52,552 nucleotides of DNA. Source: a virus (Duplodnaviria; Caudoviricetes). The notes under the pieces were generated by a model. The model made no database searches. It saw only the letters and a list, made by a program, of their open reading frames with translations, and was not told the origin of the DNA. The stretch covers positions 1 through 52,552 of IMG/VR virus record IMGVR_UViG_3300018080_000030; one strand, written 5' to 3'. The position numbers and the translations under genes are program-made. Positions 1-8,115 of this stretch are shown here, one piece after another; positions within the stretch are counted from its first letter, which is position 1, and each line of letters begins with the position of its first letter.

Positions 1-123
1 CCTGAGCGGTAGAAAGAAGCTGACAAAGAGTTCCAACGGAGGATTGTTTCTCCAGGCTCTTGGTGAGCTGGGATTTTCGTTAGCGTTAATCGCTAATGAT
101 ATAACCCAGTTGGTTGGTATGAA
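1..123. repeat. Terminal overlap, identical to 52430-52552
   Basis: cctgagcggt...ggttggtatgaa is present at both ends; typical of assembly overlap of a circular or permuted genome. Confidence 0.97.
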
Positions 124-472
124 AGGCGTGCTAAAGAGCTTTAAACCACCGCAAGGTGGTGATTTCGAGAGGAAGCCTATTTTGGTATTCCGCGAGATCC
201 TCTCCATGCCTGGTGGTCAGACCTCTCAGCCACAGCAAGAGGTACCGGCAACTGATCCAGCTATTGAGGATTGGGCAAAGCAGACTATAGCGCCATTGCT
301 ACAGCAGGCGCAACCTAATGGCTTGCCAGTAGCTGACGTAAATCAGCAGGTGGTAGCGGCTGCATATGCACAGCAGAAGGACGCAGCATCTGTTCAGAAG
401 CTGTTTTCCGGAGACAAATGGCTGATGGATAACTACATCATCAACAATGGTGTGGTGATGCAGCCTAAATGA
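1..472 (+). CDS. 3' part of the ORF starting at 51987 and crossing the junction; hypothetical, possibly ssDNA-binding
   Basis: The frame is open from 51987 through the overlap into the 44..472 ORF. The SSB idea rests only on position before recombination genes and a Q/P-rich linker. Confidence 0.7.
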   Translation, partial: LSGRKKLTKSSNGGLFLQALGELGFSLALIANDITQLVGMKGVLKSFKPPQGGDFERKPILVFREILSMPGGQTSQPQQEVPATDPAIEDWAKQTIAPLLQQAQPNGLPVADVNQQVVAAAYAQQKDAASVQKLFSGDKWLMDNYIINNGVVMQPK

Positions 473-478
473 GCAGGC

Positions 479-547
479 GGCAGCAGGGTGTTGACCTCTG
501 CACTCCAGCGCAGTTAGCCTGTCATTAACGCATCCTGCTGCCTTTTT
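479..547 (+). terminator. Structured hairpin followed by a T-run (terminator or attenuator-like leader)
   Basis: ggcagcagggtg (479-490) pairs with catcctgctgcc (531-542), followed by ttttt; the loop is long and may itself fold. Confidence 0.5.
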
Positions 548-584
548 AAGTACAGTGAACATTTAACAGTGAATGGAGGACATT

Positions 585-905
585 ATGGCTGACAAAATCG
601 AATTGGCAAAGCTTCTCCTCAGAAGAAAACAATTACAGGAGAAGGTTGATCAACTGAGGAATATCAATGTACCTGACCTGTTTAAGATAAAGGCAACCAG
701 GAGGCGTGCTTCGGAGGGAATCGATGACGTAGTAGCTGAGATTCCTAAGATTGCGATGCAGCAGGTAACTGCCGCATATGATTGGCACGCAAAAAGATTG
801 CGAGAAGTTGATGCAGCTATTCAACAGGCGAATTGGGTGACTATGATCGAGTACGAGAAGACTTGGATGGAAGACTACGTGGATCCTTATGCCAAAGCTG
901 AATAG
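585..905 (+). CDS. DIP1984/septicolysin-like coiled-coil protein
   Basis: RBS GGAGGA at 575-580. N-terminal ELAKLLLRRKQLQEKVDQLR and C-terminal LREVDAAIQQANWVT resemble the family ends as I recall them; the protein is shorter than typical members. Confidence 0.6.
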   Translation: MADKIELAKLLLRRKQLQEKVDQLRNINVPDLFKIKATRRRASEGIDDVVAEIPKIAMQQVTAAYDWHAKRLREVDAAIQQANWVTMIEYEKTWMEDYVDPYAKAE

Positions 906-908
906 CTG

Positions 909-1237
909 AAAACATCCAGATGGAAGCGGAGGGGCAAAGGCGGGCAACCAGGCCTTAACTGGTTAGGTGGAGCGCGACACCGTTGCAATTATTATTTGTT
1001 AGCTCAATGGTAGAGCAACTGACTTAGGATCAGTAGGTTGTCGGTTCAAATCCGATGCATTACGGCACTGTAAATGCCTATAAAGTCGTCTGCGGACTTT
1101 AAGCGCAGGGTATTCCGAATGACCGAATTTTTAACAGTGAATATCCGAATACCCGACTAACGAGCTGCGGCTCCAGAACATCCAGAGACCGACTAAGAGA
1201 AATCCGAATAACCGCGCCCCTGCACCATCTGGTTTTT
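909..1237 (+). ncRNA. Putative ~330 nt structured RNA with a closing stem, an embedded tRNA-like domain and repeated motifs
   Basis: ccagatgg 916-923 pairs with ccatctgg 1225-1232 and aggggc 930-935 with gcccct 1216-1221, followed by a T-run. No ORF on the + strand; several internal hairpins. Confidence 0.65.
1000..1059 (+). tRNA. tRNA-like domain (anticodon TAG) lacking a normal acceptor stem and CCA
   Basis: D arm gctc/aatggta/gagc, anticodon arm actga/cttagga/tcagt, T arm gtcgg/ttcaaat/ccgat; only about 3 acceptor pairs form. Confidence 0.75.
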
Positions 1238-1262
1238 AACCTTTAACTACGGAGTAATACAT

Positions 1263-1910
1263 ATGATAGTAACAGAAATAACAGAACAAAGGCCGTTTTT
1301 GTTCCGCGAAGATGTTTCAAGGGACAGAACTAAGCCGCATGTTTCCGGACTCATAAGACAGCATATTCTGGATACTGACCCAAAGAAGTCGTATCCCGAG
1401 TGGGAGGATATGACTGCCGAAGAAAGACGTGATACTTTGATGGCATGGGAGCTTGGATTCATGTGGGAGGATGCTCTTGCCAGAGAATTTGCTGGTAGAT
1501 GTAGTGGGATTCCAGCAGCCCCGCGAGAGGTCGATGGAATCATCATGACACCGGACCGGCTATGGCTTCCAGATAAGGAGGAACCAGTGAGGGTTCCTGA
1601 GAATGGCGATATGATAGAGATAGACGAATACAAAGCCACTAAGTACTCCATGAAGAACATGCCAGAAAACAATATGCGGTGGATGATGCAGACAAAGAGT
1701 TACTGCTATGGATTCAAGACCACAGTAGCAAACATGCTCATCCTTTACATAATGGGTGACTATGGTACCACCACAAGAGGGATGACCTACAAAGCCTTCA
1801 GATTTGAGTTCTCTGCTCAGGAGTTAGCAGAAAACTGGGCAGTGATGCTGGCTTTGAAGGAGAAGTGGTATCTCGCTCACGAAGAGCAAGACCATAGCAT
1901 GGATGGGTAG
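1263..1910 (+). CDS. PD-(D/E)XK exonuclease (RecB/Cas4-like phage type)
   Basis: Motifs HVS, GFMWE, TPD and DEYKAT, with downstream QTKSYC. Confidence 0.75.
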   Translation: MIVTEITEQRPFLFREDVSRDRTKPHVSGLIRQHILDTDPKKSYPEWEDMTAEERRDTLMAWELGFMWEDALAREFAGRCSGIPAAPREVDGIIMTPDRLWLPDKEEPVRVPENGDMIEIDEYKATKYSMKNMPENNMRWMMQTKSYCYGFKTTVANMLILYIMGDYGTTTRGMTYKAFRFEFSAQELAENWAVMLALKEKWYLAHEEQDHSMDG

Positions 1911-1932
1911 AGAGAGAGGAGGTGATGCGGTT

Positions 1933-2064
1933 ATGTGGAAAGCAGAATACAATGACGAAGAAATGAGGTGGATGATAACAAATGGCGAGGCGGCATTCTG
2001 GTGTAAACGTCAAGAGGATGCTGAGTGGCTGGCCCAGATATTGAATATGACAAACAACCTATAA
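1933..2064 (+). CDS. Hypothetical protein, 43 aa (not in the ORF track)
   Basis: RBS GGAGGTG upstream; MWKAEYNDEEMRW...MTNNL. Confidence 0.6.
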   Translation: MWKAEYNDEEMRWMITNGEAAFWCKRQEDAEWLAQILNMTNNL

Positions 2065-2103
2065 GCAGCTCACCTCGGAATCAAATGGCATGAAAGGAGA
2101 ATC

Positions 2104-2838
2104 ATGGACTATAAACCGCTAAACTTAACTGGGTATGTAAAGAGGATCATCGTGAATGAGTGGGGAGAGGAGAAAACTGGCAAAAGTCACTTTGGTCTAA
2201 CAGGACCAAAGCCTCTGTTCTATATGAATCTCGATAAGGTATCCGGAGAAGATGTGTTGCCTAAGTTTGTAGGGCAGATGGTAGAGGCCAGAAACTACTG
2301 GACTACTGAGCCTGATAAAGAGCAGGGTATAATGGTGAGGAACAGGTTTATGGCGGATTGGAAGGAAGCCCTGCATGATGGTGCGACCAGAACAATTGTA
2401 GTAGATACCTTCACTGAGCTTAGAAGCTTGCTACTCCTTGCTGAATATGGGAAGACACTACAGGTTGGAAACAAATTCATGTACACACCTATCCATATGC
2501 ACTTAAGGCAATTGTTGAATGAGGCTTATACTACACCGAAAAACCTTATCCTCATACACAAGGCAAGGTCTAAGTACGTGAATGGAGAGGCTACTGATAC
2601 ACTGGAGATGAGTGGGTACAGTGAGGTACCGTATCTTGTGCAGACCAATGTCCAGACATTCAGGGAACCGGTGAGGAGTAGCGACAAAGTAGACTACCCA
2701 TTTGGGTTTCGTATTATTAACTGCTCACTGAATGGGAAATCTGACCTCATAAACCTGGAGTTTGTAGGAGCGATATGTAACTTCCAGATGCTGGCGTGTG
2801 CGATATTCCCTGGGACTACGTTGGAGGAGTGGACGTGA
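2104..2838 (+). CDS. Sak4-like / AAA_24 P-loop ATPase (single-strand annealing recombinase type)
   Basis: Walker A GEEKTGKS, Walker B TIVVDT and LILIH; adjacent to the exonuclease. Confidence 0.7.
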   Translation: MDYKPLNLTGYVKRIIVNEWGEEKTGKSHFGLTGPKPLFYMNLDKVSGEDVLPKFVGQMVEARNYWTTEPDKEQGIMVRNRFMADWKEALHDGATRTIVVDTFTELRSLLLLAEYGKTLQVGNKFMYTPIHMHLRQLLNEAYTTPKNLILIHKARSKYVNGEATDTLEMSGYSEVPYLVQTNVQTFREPVRSSDKVDYPFGFRIINCSLNGKSDLINLEFVGAICNFQMLACAIFPGTTLEEWT

Positions 2839-3602
2839 TCTATATTGACAGCAGGAGTGGTAGTAAGGAGCTATATCCGTTATTCCCTTCAGGGAGGGCA
2901 ATACTTACAACCCTTGACGCAGGTGATTTTATGTGGTTTGGATGGGGGCGGGAAGGGAAGCCTGTGAGGGTTGGTGTAGAGAGGAAAACTATAGGCGACT
3001 TACTTAATTCTATGACCAGTGGGAGGTTAGCCTCTGTGCAGGCTCCGAAGCTGGTAAACAGTTTCCACATAGTTTATTTACTTATCGAAGGAGACTATAG
3101 GAATGAGAGGGAGTATCTACAGTGGCGTAACAGGCCCAGAGAAAGGTGGCAGATTGATAGGAGGACATATGGTGGTGGGTATCTATACAGCTCCTTTAGT
3201 AACTTTATTGCTACATTGCAGGAGCAGGCTGGGTTCAGGGTATGGCACACTTCTGACATGGAAGAAAGCGTTGTGTGGATGCTTGGAAGGTTTTCTTGGT
3301 GGCAGAAGCAGTGGAATGAGCACTCAGCGATGGAGCAGATGCATGACGTCAGGACAGGTAGCACCTTTGCTCCACCGACATTCCTACGAGAGGTGGCTGC
3401 AAGGTTGCCAGGGATAGGATGGAAGAAAGCGAAGGTGATTGAGGAGGCCTTTCAAAGTACCTATGAGTTAGCGTGTGCTAAGGTTGAGGATATTTCGGAG
3501 CTGACTTACATAGACAGTAGAGGGAACAGCCGGAGAATCGGTGAGGTTGTTGCTAAAAAAGTGTTAGATGCTATACATAACAACAGACAGGAGGGAAGAT
3601 GA
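2835..3602 (+). CDS. ERCC4 (XPF/Mus81-like) structure-specific nuclease with C-terminal HhH
   Basis: IDSR, GDF, VERKTIGDL..S...GRL and LLIEG motifs; LPGIG HhH; GTGA overlap with the upstream stop. Confidence 0.85.
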   Translation: MIYIDSRSGSKELYPLFPSGRAILTTLDAGDFMWFGWGREGKPVRVGVERKTIGDLLNSMTSGRLASVQAPKLVNSFHIVYLLIEGDYRNEREYLQWRNRPRERWQIDRRTYGGGYLYSSFSNFIATLQEQAGFRVWHTSDMEESVVWMLGRFSWWQKQWNEHSAMEQMHDVRTGSTFAPPTFLREVAARLPGIGWKKAKVIEEAFQSTYELACAKVEDISELTYIDSRGNSRRIGEVVAKKVLDAIHNNRQEGR

Positions 3603-3769
3603 AAACCGAAGAGGAAATTAGGAATGAGCTTAAGCGGGTAAAGTCTGACGAAAGACTGAATTATAAGACTGCAACAGTATCTGAGAATGTGCCTCTTGCC
3701 CTCATACAACTGGAACTTGAGGCCAGAGTAGCTACGCTGAGGTGGGTATTGGCTAATAAGGAGGACTGA
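3599..3769 (+). CDS. Hypothetical protein, 56 aa (not in the ORF track)
   Basis: ATGA overlap upstream and TGATG overlap downstream; MKTEEEIRNELK...LRWVLANKED. Confidence 0.75.
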   Translation: MKTEEEIRNELKRVKSDERLNYKTATVSENVPLALIQLELEARVATLRWVLANKED

Positions 3770-5046
3770 TGATGAAACTGTTAAGCGCTGAAGTCTCGAA
3801 CTTCAGGAAAATAAGAATGGCAAAGGTGGAGTTTCCAAATGATGGAGTAGTGATGATTACTGGTCTCAATGAGACCGGCAAGACTACCTTTCTGAGGGCG
3901 ATAGAGGCTCCGCTGAGAGGTAAAGGTAACCTACCTCATACACTGCTATCTCACGATGAGAAATCTGGCGTGGTTAAGTTAGAAATAGGTGATGAGGATC
4001 GGAAACCACTGTACACAGTAGTCCTCAACTACACAAAGGTAAGAGGACCAATGCTGAAGCTGTTCAAGGCTTCTGGTGAGACTGTGTCAGGTCAGCAGTC
4101 TATACTCAACACGTTTTGGAATACCGTGGCAATGAGGCCATTGGACTTCGCTGAAGCCAAACAGGACGAGCAACGCAGAATACTGTTGGAGTCCAGCATA
4201 CTTCACGTGGGGGAGGATTTTACTGAGAGGACGGGCTTAGCTGAGCCGGAGAAGGACGTGTTGGCACAGCTTAAGCGTAGGGAAGACCACCTGTTTGAGT
4301 TACGCGGAGATGCTAACCGTATAGTGAAGGATTTGAAGGGTAAGCTGGAAGCTTACAAAGATGTCCCTGATGGGCTGGGTGATGTGTCAATGCAAGAGTT
4401 GTTAGATGAGCAAACAAGGCGACAGTCTCTTCAGACCCAGAGGATGTCTATTATCAACGAACTGGCAGGGAAGCGTAGCAGGATTATCGAGCTTGAGAAG
4501 ACGGTAGAGCAGTTGAAGAAGGATGTAGGCGTGCTGGAGGAACGGCTCAGCGCTATCCCAGAGCAAGACCTCGTTGGGATTAAGAATGAGCTTCTTAAGG
4601 CTCAACAGGCAAAGCAGTCCCAGGAGAAGGCTCAACTGGAAAAAGAGTTGGAGGCCGCGGAAAAGGAAGCCGACGAGAATAACAAAGCTCTGGAGGATGT
4701 CAGGGAGTATACAAAATCACTCACAGACACTATGGAGTTACCGTTGCCGGAGCTGGGGTTTGATGAGGACGAAGGCTTTGTGACGTATGAAGGAGAGCCG
4801 CTGGATGCCAGAGGTGACAGTAGGTGGATTAAGATAGGTATGGCTGTGGGAATAGCCACCGGAGCAGAGGTTGACCTCATACTGATAAAACAGGGCAATG
4901 ACTTGGACAAAAATTCTGTGAAGGAGATAATGGAGCTTGCACAAAAGCATGGGAAATTAGTGATAATGGAGAGGGAGAATCCAGTAGATGGAGCGCTGTT
5001 ACTCGAAATTGATGAAGGTGAAGTAAAGGAGGTCCCTGATGAGTAG
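3769..5046 (+). CDS. SMC/Rad50-like ATPase with coiled coil
   Basis: VSNFRKI strand, Walker A GLNETGKT, long coiled coil, degenerate signature and Walker B (LILIKQGNDLD). Confidence 0.8.
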   Translation: MMKLLSAEVSNFRKIRMAKVEFPNDGVVMITGLNETGKTTFLRAIEAPLRGKGNLPHTLLSHDEKSGVVKLEIGDEDRKPLYTVVLNYTKVRGPMLKLFKASGETVSGQQSILNTFWNTVAMRPLDFAEAKQDEQRRILLESSILHVGEDFTERTGLAEPEKDVLAQLKRREDHLFELRGDANRIVKDLKGKLEAYKDVPDGLGDVSMQELLDEQTRRQSLQTQRMSIINELAGKRSRIIELEKTVEQLKKDVGVLEERLSAIPEQDLVGIKNELLKAQQAKQSQEKAQLEKELEAAEKEADENNKALEDVREYTKSLTDTMELPLPELGFDEDEGFVTYEGEPLDARGDSRWIKIGMAVGIATGAEVDLILIKQGNDLDKNSVKEIMELAQKHGKLVIMERENPVDGALLLEIDEGEVKEVPDE

Positions 5047-5182
5047 TAAGAAGACCAGTAACTGGTGGGGGTACAACACTAAGAAGCAAAGCGAGAAAAG
5101 GAAGTCAAGTTCATCTCTTCGCTGGCTGTTTATTCTTATCGCTGGAGCGTTGTTATTAGCATCATTCGGAGGATTCAGATGA
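5039..5182 (+). CDS. Small membrane protein, 47 aa
   Basis: RBS AAGGAGG; basic N-terminus and hydrophobic WLFILIAGALLLASF. Confidence 0.55.
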   Translation: MSSKKTSNWWGYNTKKQSEKRKSSSSLRWLFILIAGALLLASFGGFR

Positions 5183-5292
5183 TCGTTACACGGATTAGGA
5201 GACTACTGTGCTCAGCTCGGGGTAGGACGGTAATTATTTATTTTGTGCTATTTACAATGTTTGCATTTGCATTGGTAATATTAACTACGTAG
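5179..5292 (+). CDS. Small membrane protein, 37 aa
   Basis: RBS GGAGG, ATGA overlap, hydrophobic C-terminal half. Confidence 0.5.
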   Translation: MIVTRIRRLLCSARGRTVIIYFVLFTMFAFALVILTT

Positions 5293-5300
5293 GAGGAGCT

Positions 5301-5561
5301 ATGGCTACTAAGAAACCTGAAAAGGAAAACCTGTTGGAACAGACAGGTGAAATGCTCTCCCGAGAGGTTGAGTTGGAGACTGTGGAGAAAGTTAGAGAGG
5401 ACTTTAAGCGGAAAATTGGGAATTTGAAAGCCAGAATAGCTGACTATGAGAGACTTGCGGCTGAAACGCGTGATAAGCTCAGAACTCTGGAAAGTAAGAC
5501 GGTTGATGAGTACTTGCAGAGCGTGAATATCGCGGATTTTATGCATGAGAGGGAATTATGA
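5301..5561 (+). CDS. Hypothetical coiled-coil protein
   Basis: RBS AGGAGG; ATGA overlap with the polymerase gene. Confidence 0.7.
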   Translation: MATKKPEKENLLEQTGEMLSREVELETVEKVREDFKRKIGNLKARIADYERLAAETRDKLRTLESKTVDEYLQSVNIADFMHEREL

Positions 5562-8071
5562 ATCTGGTGCCAGCTATAGGACCAGTTCCTGCTGACATAT
5601 TGCTGGTAGGAGAAGCCCCTGGTAGAGAGGAGGCAGCCAGGGGTGCTCCATTTGTCGGCGAATCAGGGCAGGAACTGACACAGTATTTGAGTAATGCAGG
5701 AATCAACCGTTATTCTCAATGCAGAATTACGAACCTGGTTCCATTCAACCCTCCTAAAAATAGAGACCCAAGTGCTGCTGAGATATTGGAGCACAAGGGC
5801 GCTTTGATAGACGAGATTGTAAATACCAGGCCAAAGGTGATAGGAGCGGTTGGCCGGCTATCTGCATCTACCCTTGCCATGCGTAATGTGGTGATGGAGA
5901 AGGAGCATGGTATCCCATTTATGTTTGGGAGTATACCAGTTGTCCCTATGTATCATCCCGCGGCAGGGTTACGGAGCACATGGCTGATGAGCAGGATACG
6001 GTCCGACTTTGAGCAGCTAAAGTTATGCTTAGATGGAAAGCTGAAGCCTGTAGAATGGGCTGCGCCAGCTATGGACATAGTTGAGCTTACTCCGGACAAC
6101 ATGATTACTGAAGCCTGCTTCTTCTTAACAGAGATGAATAGTACAGGTATAGTAGCTATAGATACTGAGAATCCGGATGACATACCTTGGAGCATACAGA
6201 TTTGTGCTACTCCTGGAACTGTGTTCTTTATTAGAGCCGCTGATATGGTACATCCTTCATTTGCTCGGCAAATCAAAGAAGCCATAGAGAACTCTCTATG
6301 CGTGTTTCATAACGCCAGGTATGACTTGGCTGTGCTGAGGAAGATGGATATACAGCCAACACGGTTTGTGGATACGATGAACATGGCTTACTTGTTGGGT
6401 GAGGTACAGAAGTTGAAGTATTTAGCATACAGACTACTCCATGTCCAGATGCAGGATTATGAAGAGGTGGTGAGAAGTTCTACGGAGTCCAGGGCTTTTG
6501 ACTATCTGACTAAGGTGTTAAGTATGGAGTGGGAAACTCCTGCACCTGTTCTTGAGCTGAAAGGCAGGAAACTACATACCAGAAATCCACAACACATCCA
6601 TACCAAGGTCCGCAGGCTGATGAAAAAGTGGTCTAATGATCCTATGAGTCTGCGGGATAAATGGGTTGACATGAAAGAGAAGGAGTATGTGGAGGCCAGG
6701 ATTGGTGAGATGCCGTTAGGGTCTGTAGCAAAGATTGACTTACAACAGGCTATGAATTATGCGTGCAGGGATGCTGATGTCACCATGAGGGTATATAGGA
6801 TTATGTCTCAGATGCTGAAAGACAGAGGGCTGGAGACCCCTCTTAAAATCGATATGGCTGCTCTGCCAATGGTGGTACAGATGGAGGAAAACGGTTTTCA
6901 ACTGGACTCAGGACACCTTATCCGGTATTCAATTCAGCTCAACCACAGGATGGAGAAGATTAAACATGAGTTGGATTGTCTGCTGCTGGAGAAGGGGTTT
7001 CTCAAAAAGGATGAGTATTATAATCCGAAGTCGCCGAAAGTGGCGATGGAGATGCTAAAACATCTGAAAGTTAGAGTCAAGACCACAGAGGCAAAGTACC
7101 TGATCCCGCATAAGGGCAGGCATAAGGCGATAGCTCTCCACCTGGATTTCAAAAAGCTGGCTAAGCTGGAATCCACATATACTACATCTTTGGTAAAACA
7201 GGTAAAGGATGGGAGGATTCATACCTCACTGCCTATGACTGTTGCTGACACGTGGAGACTGGCAAGCAGGAATCCGAATCTACAAAACATCCCTGTGCGT
7301 GGAATAGATGGTAAGACGATCCGCGAGGCGTTCATTGTTCCGAAAGGATGTAAGCTGCTAAGTGTGGATTACTCACAGATTGAGATGCGGGTAGCCGCAC
7401 ATATGAGCGCTGATGAGCGAATGATAAAAATCTTCCGACAGGGCAAAGACCTGCATAGTATGACCTCAGAGGCTATCTTCGGGGATACCACCTCTGAGCA
7501 TCGCTATCCTACAAAACAAGCAGGTTTTGGAATCTTATATAAGATTAGTCCTATGGGATTACATGAATTACTTGAAGCTGAGGGTGTGAAGAGTTGGACT
7601 GAGGAGAGGTGCGCACAGTTGATCCTTGACTGGTATAAGCAATATCCTGGGATAGCTGCTATGCAGGATAAGTTTGAGTTAGAAGCATTTAATACGGGGA
7701 GAGTGATGGACTTATTTGGTAAGCCTCGCATGGTTCCTGAAGTCTACTCTGCCCATGCCCGGGTGCGTAATGCTGGGGTGCGACAGGCGTGTAATGCCCC
7801 AATTCAAAGTAGTGCAGCCGGTATTTTGAAGAGGGCTATGGCTAAACTATTGCCAGTTTGTGAGATGTTATCGCAAGCTGGACACTTCAAACCACTCTTA
7901 CAGATACATGATGAGCTATTATTCGAGGTAGGTGAGGACATCTTGGACATGGCAGTGGAGTGGATTGTGTCTGCAATGGAAGACTCCGTGAATTTGATTG
8001 TTCCAATTAAATGCGATGTGGAGGTGGGGGATAACTGGGGGTCATTGGAGAGTTATTATGAAGATGGTTAG
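5558..8071 (+). CDS. polA: Family A DNA polymerase with N-terminal family-4 uracil-DNA glycosylase and 3'-5' exonuclease domains
   Basis: UDG4 motifs GEAPG and YHPAA; exonuclease DTE, HNARYD and YACRDA; polymerase motifs NPNLQNIP, DYSQIEMR and QIHDEL. Confidence 0.93.
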   Translation: MNLVPAIGPVPADILLVGEAPGREEAARGAPFVGESGQELTQYLSNAGINRYSQCRITNLVPFNPPKNRDPSAAEILEHKGALIDEIVNTRPKVIGAVGRLSASTLAMRNVVMEKEHGIPFMFGSIPVVPMYHPAAGLRSTWLMSRIRSDFEQLKLCLDGKLKPVEWAAPAMDIVELTPDNMITEACFFLTEMNSTGIVAIDTENPDDIPWSIQICATPGTVFFIRAADMVHPSFARQIKEAIENSLCVFHNARYDLAVLRKMDIQPTRFVDTMNMAYLLGEVQKLKYLAYRLLHVQMQDYEEVVRSSTESRAFDYLTKVLSMEWETPAPVLELKGRKLHTRNPQHIHTKVRRLMKKWSNDPMSLRDKWVDMKEKEYVEARIGEMPLGSVAKIDLQQAMNYACRDADVTMRVYRIMSQMLKDRGLETPLKIDMAALPMVVQMEENGFQLDSGHLIRYSIQLNHRMEKIKHELDCLLLEKGFLKKDEYYNPKSPKVAMEMLKHLKVRVKTTEAKYLIPHKGRHKAIALHLDFKKLAKLESTYTTSLVKQVKDGRIHTSLPMTVADTWRLASRNPNLQNIPVRGIDGKTIREAFIVPKGCKLLSVDYSQIEMRVAAHMSADERMIKIFRQGKDLHSMTSEAIFGDTTSEHRYPTKQAGFGILYKISPMGLHELLEAEGVKSWTEERCAQLILDWYKQYPGIAAMQDKFELEAFNTGRVMDLFGKPRMVPEVYSAHARVRNAGVRQACNAPIQSSAAGILKRAMAKLLPVCEMLSQAGHFKPLLQIHDELLFEVGEDILDMAVEWIVSAMEDSVNLIVPIKCDVEVGDNWGSLESYYEDG

Positions 8072-8115
8072 TAAATCATATGAAACCTTATAAAACTATG
8101 AGAGGAGGTGAAAGG

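Noticed and set aside
993-1067. Functional tRNA-Leu(TAG)
   Set aside because: The acceptor stem pairs at only about 3 of 7 positions, there is no CCA and the Leu variable arm is missing; treated as a mimic domain.
1108-1210. CRISPR or guide-RNA array
   Set aside because: Repeats are only 6-7 nt with no spacer-length unique segments, and no cas gene is present.
1263-1910. Cas4 / CRISPR adaptation gene
   Set aside because: It lacks the Fe-S cysteine cluster and sits in a recombination module.
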